This document shows, piece after piece, positions 25,843 through 34,971 of a stretch of DNA of 64,000 bases. The position numbers and the translations under genes were made by a program. The notes beneath the pieces were generated by a model, which was not told the origin of the DNA, ran no database searches, and saw only the letters and a list, made by a program, of their open reading frames with translations. Position 1 is the stretch's first letter. The number at the start of each line of letters is the position of its first letter. The DNA comes from an uncultured virus (IMG/VR IMGVR_UViG_3300046694_000616) (lineage: Duplodnaviria > Heunggongvirae > Uroviricota > Caudoviricetes), in IMG/VR virus record IMGVR_UViG_3300046694_000616. One strand, given 5' to 3'.

Positions 25843-26640
25843 TTATTTTGCCGCTTTCGGTGGGTTCTGCGGCAGGTTGCTGATTTCGGCCAGTTCATGG
25901 ATGTACACCTCGAGACCGCGCAGCTTGAAGCCGCCCGAGCGACCATAGTGATGATTGTCGAACGAGATAACTTTGGCCGACGGCAGGCGCAGGGCAAAGA
26001 GTTTCAGCAGTGCCTCGCGGCTCGCGTCGCAGTCACGGATGTCCCAGTCACGGTCTTCCTGGTCCAGAACGAACCCGCGCTCCTTCAGACTCTCGTGCCA
26101 CATTGCGCGGCGTTCCTTGTCCGACACAGGGGTCTCGGACTGAAAGCTGAAGTCGCCGAAAAGCGAACAGCTGAACTTCACCTTGCAGCCATGCTTGCCG
26201 AACGCGATGTCGCTGATGTGGCCGAACCCTTCGAGGTCCCACCAGCTGTTGAGCTGGGTATCCAGCATCCGCAGACACGCCTTCGTCACATCCGGGCCCT
26301 GAGCGGTTCCGAGTTGTGCCTCCAGCTCGTGAATCCGCATATTCGCCGCGCGCACACGTGCGAAGCGATTCTCCATCTCGGCAGCCGAATCGGTTGCGAC
26401 GCCGAGCAGCTTGCCCAGGTCAGCCATGCGATGTTCTGCAACCGACAGGCAATTCGTCGCGAGCCCGCGCGGCAAACCTTCCTTGAACACGCTCGCATCC
26501 GGTCCCTTGAGCACGCTCGCAATGGTACCCATAGCCTGCTGCAATTCGAGAATGAGCTTTGCTGCGACGGCTGTCTGGTCGGCATTCAGCGCGAGAATGC
26601 TGTCGTCGTCTTCCGGCGGCAGGGTGATTTCAAGAGCCAT
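25843..26640 (-). CDS. hypothetical protein
   Basis: AAGGA RBS; 265 aa. Confidence 0.75.
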   Translation of the reverse strand: MALEITLPPEDDDSILALNADQTAVAAKLILELQQAMGTIASVLKGPDASVFKEGLPRGLATNCLSVAEHRMADLGKLLGVATDSAAEMENRFARVRAANMRIHELEAQLGTAQGPDVTKACLRMLDTQLNSWWDLEGFGHISDIAFGKHGCKVKFSCSLFGDFSFQSETPVSDKERRAMWHESLKERGFVLDQEDRDWDIRDCDASREALLKLFALRLPSAKVISFDNHHYGRSGGFKLRGLEVYIHELAEISNLPQNPPKAAK

Positions 26641-26673
26641 GATGTTCCTTTCATGTGTGAGTTGACCTGACTT

Positions 26674-26680
26674 TGTATAG
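26674..26680 (-). promoter_or_regulatory. CTATACG-class box (variant CTATACA)
   Basis: 33 nt upstream of ATG 26640. Confidence 0.5.
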
Positions 26681-26712
26681 CCAAGAGTCAGCGTCCGATA
26701 TGGCGCATTACA

Positions 26713-26721
26713 TGGTATACT
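26713..26721 (+). promoter_or_regulatory. sigma70 extended -10
   Basis: TGGTATACT 32 nt before ATG 26754. Confidence 0.55.
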
Positions 26722-26753
26722 AAGTCATCCAATCCGCACTGGAGTTGTTGTAC

Positions 26754-27377
26754 ATGAGCACTGACTCAAACGAGCCCACTTCGTGGTCGTCACGTCTGTT
26801 TGGCGCCGCAAAATCCACCTTGACGACGATATTTCCGACTCTTGGCGCGGTCGATGCAGCCAGGGAATTCATCTCGGAAGCAGTTGCGCAGAAAATTCGC
26901 GAGGCTGCGAGCGTTCAGGCGCAGGCACTGATTTCTCAGGCCCACCGCAGGGTCATGTTTTCCATCGTGTGGCAAAACGCTCTGCTTATGCTCTCGATGG
27001 TGCCGGTCTATGTTCTGCACGCGCCCTGGCCTTTCTATCTGGCGTACGCGTGCGTGTTCGGCTACACCGCGTATTCGGCCTACGAATATCGCGGCGTCAT
27101 CGGGCGGCTGTGCAAAACACGCAGCATCACCCAGACGCTGGCGCTCGAGGTGCGCGGAGCAATTGAAAAGGAGCTAACGGAAGGGGAGTTCATTCAGCGC
27201 AAGGCGGTGGAATGGCTGGGCCCTGACCTTGAAAAGCTGTCTGTAGATGTCGCGCGCAAGCTCAAGCCGGATGTCATGGGGGCCGCGTTCAACATGGCCT
27301 TCACTCTCTTCATGGCGTTCGTCGCATTCCGCGTGTTTGCGATTCCGCTGCTCGAGCACCGGGCGCTCATGCACTGA
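26754..27377 (+). CDS. membrane protein (about 3 TM)
   Basis: GGAG RBS; hydrophobic segments. Confidence 0.7.
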   Translation: MSTDSNEPTSWSSRLFGAAKSTLTTIFPTLGAVDAAREFISEAVAQKIREAASVQAQALISQAHRRVMFSIVWQNALLMLSMVPVYVLHAPWPFYLAYACVFGYTAYSAYEYRGVIGRLCKTRSITQTLALEVRGAIEKELTEGEFIQRKAVEWLGPDLEKLSVDVARKLKPDVMGAAFNMAFTLFMAFVAFRVFAIPLLEHRALMH

Positions 27378-27408
27378 CGCGCCGCCGACCAACGATTTAG
27401 AGGCAACT

Positions 27409-27660
27409 ATGGCAATAGAAGATGTGGTGTACGGCGCTGATGGCCGTGTCGCGGCGTACCGGATGTCGGACGGCCGCATGCGAGAGCGTACGCAGAGCGA
27501 CCAGCCCACGTACGCGGAACTGAAGGATGCGCTCGAAGCGCTTATCAAGGCGGTCGATGCGCATGAGAAGGCCGGCAGCTGGACGTCGTTTTTCCGGCGC
27601 ACAGGACTGTCCGTCGCGCTGGGTAGTGCGCGGGAACTGCTTCGACGCGCGCGGGCGTAA
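27409..27660 (+). CDS. hypothetical protein
   Basis: GAGG RBS (MAIEDVVY). Confidence 0.6.
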   Translation: MAIEDVVYGADGRVAAYRMSDGRMRERTQSDQPTYAELKDALEALIKAVDAHEKAGSWTSFFRRTGLSVALGSARELLRRARA

Positions 27661-27670
27661 AGCCATTTAA

Positions 27671-27699
27671 TTGACAAAAACTGTATAAAACAGTATATT
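27671..27699 (+). promoter_or_regulatory. sigma70 promoter with palindromic spacer
   Basis: TTGACA-N17-TATATT; ACTGT-ataaa-ACAGT at 27680-27694. Confidence 0.75.
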
Positions 27700-27725
27700 A
27701 TTGATATCCGAACACGACTCAAAGC

Positions 27726-28112
27726 ATGAACAAGACTCTTTATCAAGGCTGCTCCATTCCGTTCGAGGACGACAAAGTCGTCACCGCTCTGACCGCAGAC
27801 CAGATGCACTGCGCGCTGTCGGTTGCGATGTCAGCTGAAGGCATGGCGCTGGTGCGTATTTCGTATCCGAGCGTCGATAGCCGCAACCACAAAAGCCTGG
27901 ACTCGCTGGTGTCGCAGTTGTCGGGCCACGGTTTCACCGAATCGGCGCGGATGTTGCACGAAGAAGTCCCGTACCTGGTATTCAAGGACCCGATGAAGGC
28001 GCTAAAGGTGTATCGCGAAATCCAGAAGGATTCGTTGGCCATCACGGCATCCCTGTATTACGCGGGCTGGTCCGGCGAGCAGGCTGAAACGGCCATCATG
28101 GCGGCCAATTAA
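27726..28112 (+). CDS. hypothetical protein
   Basis: TAATG-coupled to ruvB. Confidence 0.7.
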   Translation: MNKTLYQGCSIPFEDDKVVTALTADQMHCALSVAMSAEGMALVRISYPSVDSRNHKSLDSLVSQLSGHGFTESARMLHEEVPYLVFKDPMKALKVYREIQKDSLAITASLYYAGWSGEQAETAIMAAN

Positions 28113-29272
28113 TGGCTATCACGCCTCGTAAGCGCAAACCGCGCGGCGCCGCGGCTGAGCCGGCGGCCGCTCCCGCGCCCATTGTCTCTCCGGTTGCTCA
28201 AGCTGGCGAGCCGGTGGAGGACCGCGCGCTGCGGCCTAAGCGCCTGGCCGACTACATCGGCCAGAAGGCGCTGCGAGGCCAGCTGTCCATCTTCCTCGCC
28301 GCGGCCAAGCATCGCGCCGAGGCGCTCGACCACGTGCTGCTCTTCGGGCCGCCGGGGCTGGGAAAGACCACCCTCGCGCAAATCATCGCCGCGGAGCTCG
28401 GCGTCGGCCTCAAGGTGACGACTGGGCCGGTGCTGGAGAAGCCGGGCGACATTGCCGCGCTTCTTACCGGTCTCAATCCGAACGACGTTCTCTTCATCGA
28501 CGAGATTCATCGGCTTCCGCCGGTCGTGGAAGAGGTGCTGTATCCGGCGATGGAAGACTACAAGCTCGACATCATGGTCGGAGAAGGGCAGGAAGCGCGC
28601 ACAGTGACCGTGCCGCTCTCGCCCTTCACGCTGGTCGGCGCTACCACGCGCGCTGGCAGTCTCTCGGCACCGCTGCGCGACCGCTTTGGCATTACCGGGC
28701 GCATGGAGTATTACACCGACGACGAGCTCGAGGCCATCGTGAGCCGTTCGGCCGGGCTGCTTGGCGTCGACATGGCGCCGGGCGCTGCGCTCGAGGTCGC
28801 CATGCGCTCGCGCGGCACGCCGCGTATCGCCAACCGGCTGCTTCGCCGCGTGCGCGACTATGCGACGGTCAACGGCGCGAACCCGAACGAGGTCAGCGGG
28901 GCGGATGCGCAGGCGGCGCTCGCCATGCTCGGCGTCGACTCGCGCGGGCTCGATTCGATTGACCGGCGTTTGCTTCTGGCGATGGTCGACTTCTATGGCG
29001 GCGGCCCGGTGGGTCTCAATACGCTGTGCGCAGCCATCAGCGAAGCAGAAGACACGATTGAGGATGCGGTCGAACCGTTCCTCATCCAGCAGGGGCTGCT
29101 CCAGCGCACGCCGCGCGGACGGGTCATCACCGAGCTGGGACGCGAGCATCTCGGAGTTTGTCCTGGCCAGCCACCTGTGCAGGCTTCGCGCAGCACGATG
29201 CTGAGACCGGACCGGCAGGGTGTGCGCGTCGTTAGCGACCCGAAAACGGGCGAGTATCTGCCCGCGCTGTAA
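28112..29272 (+). CDS. ruvB: Holliday junction branch-migration helicase RuvB
   Basis: [59 protein letters not shown]. Confidence 0.96.
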   Translation: MAITPRKRKPRGAAAEPAAAPAPIVSPVAQAGEPVEDRALRPKRLADYIGQKALRGQLSIFLAAAKHRAEALDHVLLFGPPGLGKTTLAQIIAAELGVGLKVTTGPVLEKPGDIAALLTGLNPNDVLFIDEIHRLPPVVEEVLYPAMEDYKLDIMVGEGQEARTVTVPLSPFTLVGATTRAGSLSAPLRDRFGITGRMEYYTDDELEAIVSRSAGLLGVDMAPGAALEVAMRSRGTPRIANRLLRRVRDYATVNGANPNEVSGADAQAALAMLGVDSRGLDSIDRRLLLAMVDFYGGGPVGLNTLCAAISEAEDTIEDAVEPFLIQQGLLQRTPRGRVITELGREHLGVCPGQPPVQASRSTMLRPDRQGVRVVSDPKTGEYLPAL

Positions 29273-29311
29273 GCGCGCGGGGGGACAAGACAGACTTCAA
29301 AAGGACACACT

Positions 29312-29815
29312 ATGAGCATCAACGAATTTTCCATGCCGATGCTGGCGGAGGCCGAAATAGACCGCCGCCGCAATCGGCTCTCGCGGGTCTGCAGGACCAT
29401 TTACGCCGGCTCTGCTGTGGCCTCTTTCGGGCTTTTGCAGTGGGTAGCCCTTCACTGCGGCGATGGCAAGTTTCTGGAAAACGTGGCGGGCGGACTGCTC
29501 CTTGGCGCTTTCGGCAGCATTCTCGCCTGGGTCGTTATCGTCCATGCTATCGAAGACAGTCGTCTGGACCCGGACCAGTATGAATGGCTGCCGGCTTACG
29601 AGTGCGATAGCTTCGCGGAATTCTGCGAAGAGCATCCGGGCGTCCAGGCCTATCGAGATAGCGTCAGAGCCGCTGCCCGGCGCTTCACGAAGGGCGAGTA
29701 TTGGGCTATGCGTGGCTTTGTGACCATGCAGCGCGAAGCTGAATACGAGGCCGAGCGTACCGCCAAGGAGCGCGCAGGTTGCCAGCGCCTCTATGGCATC
29801 GCCGGCGAAGCCTGA
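29312..29815 (+). CDS. 2-TM membrane protein
   Basis: AAGGA RBS; resembles 45021-45497. Confidence 0.7.
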   Translation: MSINEFSMPMLAEAEIDRRRNRLSRVCRTIYAGSAVASFGLLQWVALHCGDGKFLENVAGGLLLGAFGSILAWVVIVHAIEDSRLDPDQYEWLPAYECDSFAEFCEEHPGVQAYRDSVRAAARRFTKGEYWAMRGFVTMQREAEYEAERTAKERAGCQRLYGIAGEA

Positions 29816-29822
29816 ACACGCC

Positions 29823-30122
29823 ATGAGGTTGCTCTTTCAGTGCGGACCCGGGATGGCGAGGCGCATGCGATGGGTGCGCGGCTGTGATTTCGTGTTTTGG
29901 GCGCGCCTGGCAGTGGTCTTCGCGTATTACGGCGCGGTGCTGGCAACCGGCCGCTTCTGGATTGTGCCGGCGTTTGCCTGGGTGGACCAGCGCTACCCGC
30001 AAGCACACGAATATGTGGTTTGGGCTGGTGTCGTGCCGCTCTCGATTATCGGCGCCGCGCTCCTTACACGGACGCTGGCCGCACCCGCACCGGGGTGCCG
30101 GCCGCGCCAAGGCGCCAGCTAA
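29823..30122 (+). CDS. small membrane protein
   Basis: Two hydrophobic segments; start uncertain. Confidence 0.5.
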   Translation: MRLLFQCGPGMARRMRWVRGCDFVFWARLAVVFAYYGAVLATGRFWIVPAFAWVDQRYPQAHEYVVWAGVVPLSIIGAALLTRTLAAPAPGCRPRQGAS

Positions 30123-30160
30123 GTCGCAGCAGGGTTCTGTTCAGGTTTGAGGTGGGTCGG

Positions 30161-30167
30161 CTATACG
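30161..30167 (+). promoter_or_regulatory. CTATACG box
   Basis: 42 nt upstream of ATG 30210. Confidence 0.6.
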
Positions 30168-30209
30168 GTAGAGAAGGACCCATTCAATCAAGGAAAAACG
30201 GAGAACACC

Positions 30210-30680
30210 ATGCAGAACTGGAAAGTATGTGGCTCGACACCTGAAGGAGCCGTAGCCGTTTTCATTCAGGCGCAGACCCGCACGGCGGCTATAGAAATCG
30301 CCAGTAAGGCGCCGTACCAGCTACTGGTTGTGCGGAGCGCCGAGCTGCGAACCGAAGAGGACGTGTGGCATATCGCTACGAGTCGTCTTTGCCGCCGATA
30401 TGGTTGGCGGGCAGAGAGCTTGCTCGACAACGTCGTGATGAAGGACTATGAAGGTGCGGCGGGATTCGCTGAGGCGCTGGCGAGTATTCGCTACGACTCG
30501 AAGACTGCGCATTTCGTCATGAGCTGTTCGTACACGCTGGAAGATGGCCACGGTGACCAGTCGAAGCTTACGACTATGCCGGAAACCGCGTCGAAAGAAC
30601 AAATCGAATCGTTCGTGGACGCATTCGTCGTCAAGGCAGACACGTTTGTTCTCGCGAGCGCAGCGACAGCGTCCGCTTGA
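30210..30680 (+). CDS. hypothetical protein (paralogue of 30833-31333)
   Basis: GGAG RBS; shared W.V.G...QL...RL...GW...KDY..A.G pattern. Confidence 0.7.
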   Translation: MQNWKVCGSTPEGAVAVFIQAQTRTAAIEIASKAPYQLLVVRSAELRTEEDVWHIATSRLCRRYGWRAESLLDNVVMKDYEGAAGFAEALASIRYDSKTAHFVMSCSYTLEDGHGDQSKLTTMPETASKEQIESFVDAFVVKADTFVLASAATASA

Positions 30681-30700
30681 AGTTTAGATTTCACCTCACA

Positions 30701-30727
30701 AGCCCAGCGTTTCTGCTGGGCTTTTTT
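30701..30727 (+). terminator. intrinsic terminator
   Basis: AGCCCAGC-gtttct-GCTGGGCT plus T-run. Confidence 0.85.
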
Positions 30728-30779
30728 CATATCTACGCCAGTTCTCGCGATGCCCGCGCCAGGCAATCCTGGAAGTTGG

Positions 30780-30786
30780 CTATACG
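30780..30786 (+). promoter_or_regulatory. CTATACG box
   Basis: 46 nt upstream of ATG 30833. Confidence 0.6.
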
Positions 30787-30832
30787 CCCAGGTAGGACAT
30801 TAAACTTGAGTGCATAGCCCAAAGGACACATC

Positions 30833-31333
30833 ATGAAAGAATGGCGAGTACGTGGCAGAAAATCCGATTCCATCAAGCTTGTTGAAGTTCTCGTCGAAGC
30901 TAGCAGCTGGGCTGACGCGGTTGCAGAAGCAACGGCAGGCGCGCATCAGCTGACTGTCCGCGACGCGGTTCGCAGTGACCTCGAAAAGCTGGCAATCGAC
31001 CGACTCGTCTCCGCGCACGGTTGGACGTCATACGAGAATCACCCCTGGACGTCGTACCGCGAGCGGCCGTTATTCACCACGAAAGACTATCCGACCGCAG
31101 TCGGTCCGCGCCAAGCGGTTGTTCGACCGGTTGTCCCCGACAACGGCCGGGGTCAACTGTGGCTCGTCGGCGAATACATCAGCGAAGGCAACAACGCGCT
31201 GGTCGGTGCCATGGCCATCATCCACCAGGATGCTGCCGATGACATCGTCTTCGGGCTCGTCGACCGGTTTGCTGAAGACGTATCGCAGCGCATCTCCGAG
31301 ACGTATGCGGCGCGCCTGCTCAAGGCAGCCTGA
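30833..31333 (+). CDS. hypothetical protein (paralogue of 30210-30680)
   Basis: AAGGA RBS; shared motifs. Confidence 0.75.
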   Translation: MKEWRVRGRKSDSIKLVEVLVEASSWADAVAEATAGAHQLTVRDAVRSDLEKLAIDRLVSAHGWTSYENHPWTSYRERPLFTTKDYPTAVGPRQAVVRPVVPDNGRGQLWLVGEYISEGNNALVGAMAIIHQDAADDIVFGLVDRFAEDVSQRISETYAARLLKAA

Positions 31334-31357
31334 CGAATCCTGAATCAATCTCTCTCG

Positions 31358-31384
31358 AGCCCAGCATTTCCGCTGGGCTTTTTT
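31358..31384 (+). terminator. intrinsic terminator
   Basis: AGCCCAGC-atttcc-GCTGGGCT plus T-run; same stem as 30701. Confidence 0.85.
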
Positions 31385-31433
31385 CCTTTCCTACCCGCAT
31401 AGCGCCTTGCTGAGCGCGGCGCGGCGGCATGCT

Positions 31434-31440
31434 CTATACG
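31434..31440 (+). promoter_or_regulatory. CTATACG box
   Basis: 58 nt upstream of ATG 31499. Confidence 0.55.
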
Positions 31441-31498
31441 GAATTACGTGAGCGCTGCAAAGCGCGTTCTGTGTAATCCAATCCGGAGTTAATGTTTC

Positions 31499-31747
31499 AT
31501 GCTTCTCATCATCGCGTGCGCCAGTCTGACCGGCGGCGTCCTGTTCATGCTCGCGGGGGCCTTTTTCGAGGTTCGCGCAGCGGTCAAGTTCCAGGCCACC
31601 CTCACAAAGAAACTCGATTACCTGTCGTTTCGCCAGCAAATCAAGAAGTCTGAGTTCGGGCAGATGCACCGCAACGGGCGCATCCTGCGCGCGCTTGGGG
31701 TGCTCATCTTCGCGGGCTTCTTCCTCTGGGCCGGCCTGCACCGCTAA
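31499..31747 (+). CDS. small 2-TM membrane protein
   Basis: N- and C-terminal hydrophobic helices; GGAG RBS. Confidence 0.65.
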   Translation: MLLIIACASLTGGVLFMLAGAFFEVRAAVKFQATLTKKLDYLSFRQQIKKSEFGQMHRNGRILRALGVLIFAGFFLWAGLHR

Positions 31748-31762
31748 CCTGCCACCCAAAAG

Positions 31763-31791
31763 AAAAACGCTCCTGCAAAGGAGCGTTTTTT
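31763..31791. terminator. bidirectional intrinsic terminator
   Basis: AAAAACGCTCCT-gcaa-AGGAGCGTTTTT between convergent genes. Confidence 0.85.
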
Positions 31792-31803
31792 GAGAGTGAT
31801 GGC

Positions 31804-32184
31804 TTAACCGTACTTGCGATTGCAGTGAAGCAGGTCATAACGACTCATCATATCCTGCATCTGAGCACCCACGCGCTTGTCCAGGTCCGTGTCGAGAATG
31901 CCAATCTGCCGGCATTCTTTCACGAAGTCCGAATCAATCGAGTACAGCCCAGCATCGCGGATGCGGATGATGACCTGATTCGCGTGAAAGCTCGTACCAG
32001 CAAAAGCGGGGCTCTTGCGGGTGATGAGGACGCTACCCGGCTTCACTTCGCCAGTACGCTCGAAGTTGGTCGAGCAGGGAGCAATAGCGACGCGACCGTT
32101 CACAAGTCCCAAAACGACAGCAGGACGCGTCTTGCCAGTCGGGTCATTCGGATAAACCATGCCAGTAACAACGACGAATTTCAT
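31804..32184 (-). CDS. PemK/MazF-like protein (no adjacent antitoxin)
   Basis: YPNDPTGKTRPAVVL...VAIAPCST matches the PemK-fold N-terminal motifs; GGAGG RBS. Confidence 0.55.
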   Translation of the reverse strand: MKFVVVTGMVYPNDPTGKTRPAVVLGLVNGRVAIAPCSTNFERTGEVKPGSVLITRKSPAFAGTSFHANQVIIRIRDAGLYSIDSDFVKECRQIGILDTDLDKRVGAQMQDMMSRYDLLHCNRKYG

Positions 32185-32220
32185 GATGTTGCCTCCAGTA
32201 GGCAGCTATTTCCACATAGT

Positions 32221-32227
32221 CGTATAG
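32221..32227 (-). promoter_or_regulatory. CTATACG box
   Basis: 36 nt upstream of ATG 32184. Confidence 0.6.
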
Positions 32228-32285
32228 CGTGAAAATGTGGTTTAATTGCATGCACTGGAGAGTTCGGTTGATGTGCGCCGCGGGC

Positions 32286-32292
32286 CTATACG
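32286..32292 (+). promoter_or_regulatory. CTATACG box
   Basis: 33 nt upstream of ATG 32326; back-to-back with the 32221 box. Confidence 0.6.
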
Positions 32293-32325
32293 GAACGTGG
32301 CAACAATCAACCCCGCGAGGAAGCT

Positions 32326-32817
32326 ATGAAACAGGCAATGAGCAGTGCAGTTCACGCAGAGATGGAACAACTTTTCGGTTCGGATGACGCAATCGGAATG
32401 CGCGTGCATCTCGACGGTCACCACGACCTGATGACGCTGGCTGAATTCGAAGAATTCAAGAAGCAGAATCCTGATTTCGCGGAAAAAGGCGAATGGAACG
32501 TCTTGATGCCCGATGGCTCAAGTTCCGTCGTCTGTACGAACTACGCAAAGCACATCAAGAAGACGCTGAATCAGCGTAACGTTGAAGTCGTCGGTTTCAT
32601 GTGCTCGGATAACCAGGACTGCACGTTCACGCGTATGGACCTGGCCGAAGGGCATGACTTTGCGCTCGTCGACGGCCGGTATCTGGTCGACCCGTGGATG
32701 CGTCTCGTCTGCGGCTACGATAATGTTCCTATGGTCTACGACCTGCTGGAGCCGCGTGAAGCAAAGGAAGCGCTGCACATGTACGGTGCGCGCGACCGCT
32801 GGGTTCGCGTCTGCTGA
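32326..32817 (+). CDS. possible papain/transglutaminase-like Cys-His-Asp protein
   Basis: VCTNYA...GHDFALVDGRYLVDPW. Confidence 0.55.
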   Translation: MKQAMSSAVHAEMEQLFGSDDAIGMRVHLDGHHDLMTLAEFEEFKKQNPDFAEKGEWNVLMPDGSSSVVCTNYAKHIKKTLNQRNVEVVGFMCSDNQDCTFTRMDLAEGHDFALVDGRYLVDPWMRLVCGYDNVPMVYDLLEPREAKEALHMYGARDRWVRVC

Positions 32818-32844
32818 AAAAGCATCGAGTCAATCACCTCTCAG

Positions 32845-32870
32845 ACCCCGCTTAGGCGGGGTTTTCTTTT
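32845..32870 (+). terminator. intrinsic terminator
   Basis: ACCCCGC-ttag-GCGGGGT plus TTTCTTTT. Confidence 0.8.
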
Positions 32871-32900
32871 GGTGTTGGCGAAGTGAAAGCGTTTTTTGAG

Positions 32901-32907
32901 CTATACG
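32901..32907 (+). promoter_or_regulatory. CTATACG box
   Basis: 26 nt upstream of ATG 32934. Confidence 0.6.
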
Positions 32908-32933
32908 ACGGATGCCTATTTTCAGCTCCGGCC

Positions 32934-34865
32934 ATGTCACTTCCGAACCTCTTTAAAGCATCCTTGCTGACGGCAGCGCTTGCTGCCAGCTTCCCGGCGC
33001 TCGCATCCGACTACTACGTCGTGGTGCCTGTGCCAAATCACACCGCGGCCGGCAATATCTCCGTTGCGCTTGCAGGCTTCAGCCTGCCTGCTGCGCAGGT
33101 CGGGCAGCCTTATACCGGATTCGACTTCAAGTCGTTGCTGTCGGTCACGGGTGATGCGGCGTACAACGGCTACGGCGTGCGCTGGAGCATTGTCTCGGGC
33201 AGCCTGCCTGCCGGGCTGACGCTCAACAGCAACGGAACGGTTTCCGGCACGCCGACCGCTGGCGGTTCGGCGACTTTCCAGGTCATGGCCAGCTACAAGA
33301 GCAAGGCGGGCCAGCAGACTTACCAGATTTATTCGGCCGACATCACCGTCGACCTCGCAAGCGGCACGCCCCCGCAGGGCCTTATCGGCCAGCCCTACAG
33401 CTACGACCTACGCGCGCTGCTGAGCGTCTCCGGCGACGCGGCATACACCGGCGCCGGCGTTACGTGGACGGTTGTCTCGAGCACACTGCCCGCGGGCCTG
33501 TACCTCACGAACGATGGCTTCATCGGCGGCACGCCGACGGCCAGCGGCACAGGCAGCGTCACCGCGCGGGCGACGTACAAGGGCGTCAACGGGCAGCAGA
33601 GCTATCAGGTAGTGACGCAGGCCATCAGCGTATCGCTCGGCACCACGACGCTGCCGGCAGGCTCCCAAGGTCTCCCGTACGCGAGCTACGACTTCCGTTC
33701 GCTCGTCAGCAGCAATGACCCGGCATACCAGGCGTCGGGCACGACGTGGTCGGTGGTCGACGCGCTGCCCGCAGGCCTCGCGCTCGATGGCAATGGTGTG
33801 CTTCGCGGAACGCCGACGGCGTCCGGGCCGCAAACCTTCACGCTCAAGGCGAGCTACAAGGGAGCGGCGGGGCAGCAGACCTACACGTTCACGAGCACGC
33901 CAAGCTCGCTCGTCACCGCATCCGTGCCCTCGCTCGACTTTTCATCGGTCAGCGATTACACGACCTCCAGCCAGACGGTCACGCTGACCAATACGGGGGA
34001 CGCAGCCGGGACGCTATCGCTCGCTTCCGATTCGACGAACTTCACCGTCAGCGGCTGCTCGACCATTCCGGCGAAGGGTTCCTGTACCGCAACCGTTTCG
34101 TTCTATCCGACGGGCGTCACCAGCTACGCGGGCAAGCTGAGCATTACGGGGGCGACTAGCGGCGCGCTCACGGTGCCGCTCACGGGTTCTGCAAGCCTCA
34201 ACGTCCAGACGTTTGCCGCGAGCACGACGTGGACGGTCCCGGCAAAGCTCACCAGCGCCCAGGTTCTGGTTGTCGGCGGCGGCGGCGGCTCCCAGGCGGC
34301 CAATATGGTCGCAACCGGGTATGGCGGTGTAGGCGGTGGTGGTGGCCAGGTGCTCTACAGCGCCAGCTATACGCTCGTACCTAACTCGGCCATGCCGGTA
34401 ACCGTCGGCGTGGGTGGCGACGTCGGGCAGGACGCGACCGAGAACGGCGCGCCGTCGAAGTTCGGCACGATGACTGCTGCGGGCGGCTATTCGGGATTCG
34501 AGGGTGGCGCTTCCGGCTCGGGCAAGAGCGGCGGCAGCGCGTCGGCTACGCTCCAAGGGCCGGGCGGCGGAGGAGCCGGAGGCGCGGGCGGCGCACCGAC
34601 TGCGACCTTGGGTGGCGCAGGTGGCGTCGGCCTTTGCTACAGCATTACGGGCAGGCTGACTTGCTATGGCGGCGGCGGTGGCGGTGCGACGGCCTATTCC
34701 GGCGTCAGCGCGCAATCAGCGGGTGGCTCGGGCGGTGGCGGTGTAGGCGGCTCGACATACGCCTCGGGGACCGGCGGCCTCGATAACACCGGTGGTGGTG
34801 GCGGCGGTGGCGGCGGAGCGGGCCGCGGTGCCGGCGGCAGTGGTGTCGTGATTGTCGCCTACTGA
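32934..34865 (+). CDS. secreted Ig-repeat (He_PIG-like x3) protein with ASH/choice-of-anchor-D-like Ig and Gly-rich C-terminal domain
   Basis: Signal peptide, DYYVVVPVP, three LPAGL repeats, SLDF...TVTLTNTG, TWTVP...VLVVGGGGG...GGSGVVIVAY. Confidence 0.85.
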   Translation: MSLPNLFKASLLTAALAASFPALASDYYVVVPVPNHTAAGNISVALAGFSLPAAQVGQPYTGFDFKSLLSVTGDAAYNGYGVRWSIVSGSLPAGLTLNSNGTVSGTPTAGGSATFQVMASYKSKAGQQTYQIYSADITVDLASGTPPQGLIGQPYSYDLRALLSVSGDAAYTGAGVTWTVVSSTLPAGLYLTNDGFIGGTPTASGTGSVTARATYKGVNGQQSYQVVTQAISVSLGTTTLPAGSQGLPYASYDFRSLVSSNDPAYQASGTTWSVVDALPAGLALDGNGVLRGTPTASGPQTFTLKASYKGAAGQQTYTFTSTPSSLVTASVPSLDFSSVSDYTTSSQTVTLTNTGDAAGTLSLASDSTNFTVSGCSTIPAKGSCTATVSFYPTGVTSYAGKLSITGATSGALTVPLTGSASLNVQTFAASTTWTVPAKLTSAQVLVVGGGGGSQAANMVATGYGGVGGGGGQVLYSASYTLVPNSAMPVTVGVGGDVGQDATENGAPSKFGTMTAAGGYSGFEGGASGSGKSGGSASATLQGPGGGGAGGAGGAPTATLGGAGGVGLCYSITGRLTCYGGGGGGATAYSGVSAQSAGGSGGGGVGGSTYASGTGGLDNTGGGGGGGGGAGRGAGGSGVVIVAY

Positions 34866-34888
34866 CCCGAGCGGCGGACAATATTGGG

Positions 34889-34918
34889 AGCGCCTGTTCT
34901 TCGGAGCAGGCGCTTTTT
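34889..34918 (+). terminator. intrinsic terminator
   Basis: AGCGCCTGTTC-ttcg-GAGCAGGCGCT plus T-run. Confidence 0.85.
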
Positions 34919-34971
34919 ATTTGCGAATGACGAAAAACGGCCGCGAAGGGCCGTTGGAGAGGGATGTATGC

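Noticed and set aside
27680..27694. LexA (SOS) box upstream of the ruvB operon
   Set aside because: Spacing is CTGT-N5-ACAG, not the required N8; kept only as an unknown palindrome.
34367..34373. CTATACG copy (also 54077-54083)
   Set aside because: Inside adhesin coding sequence (encodes x-Tyr-Thr) with no downstream gene start; likely chance.
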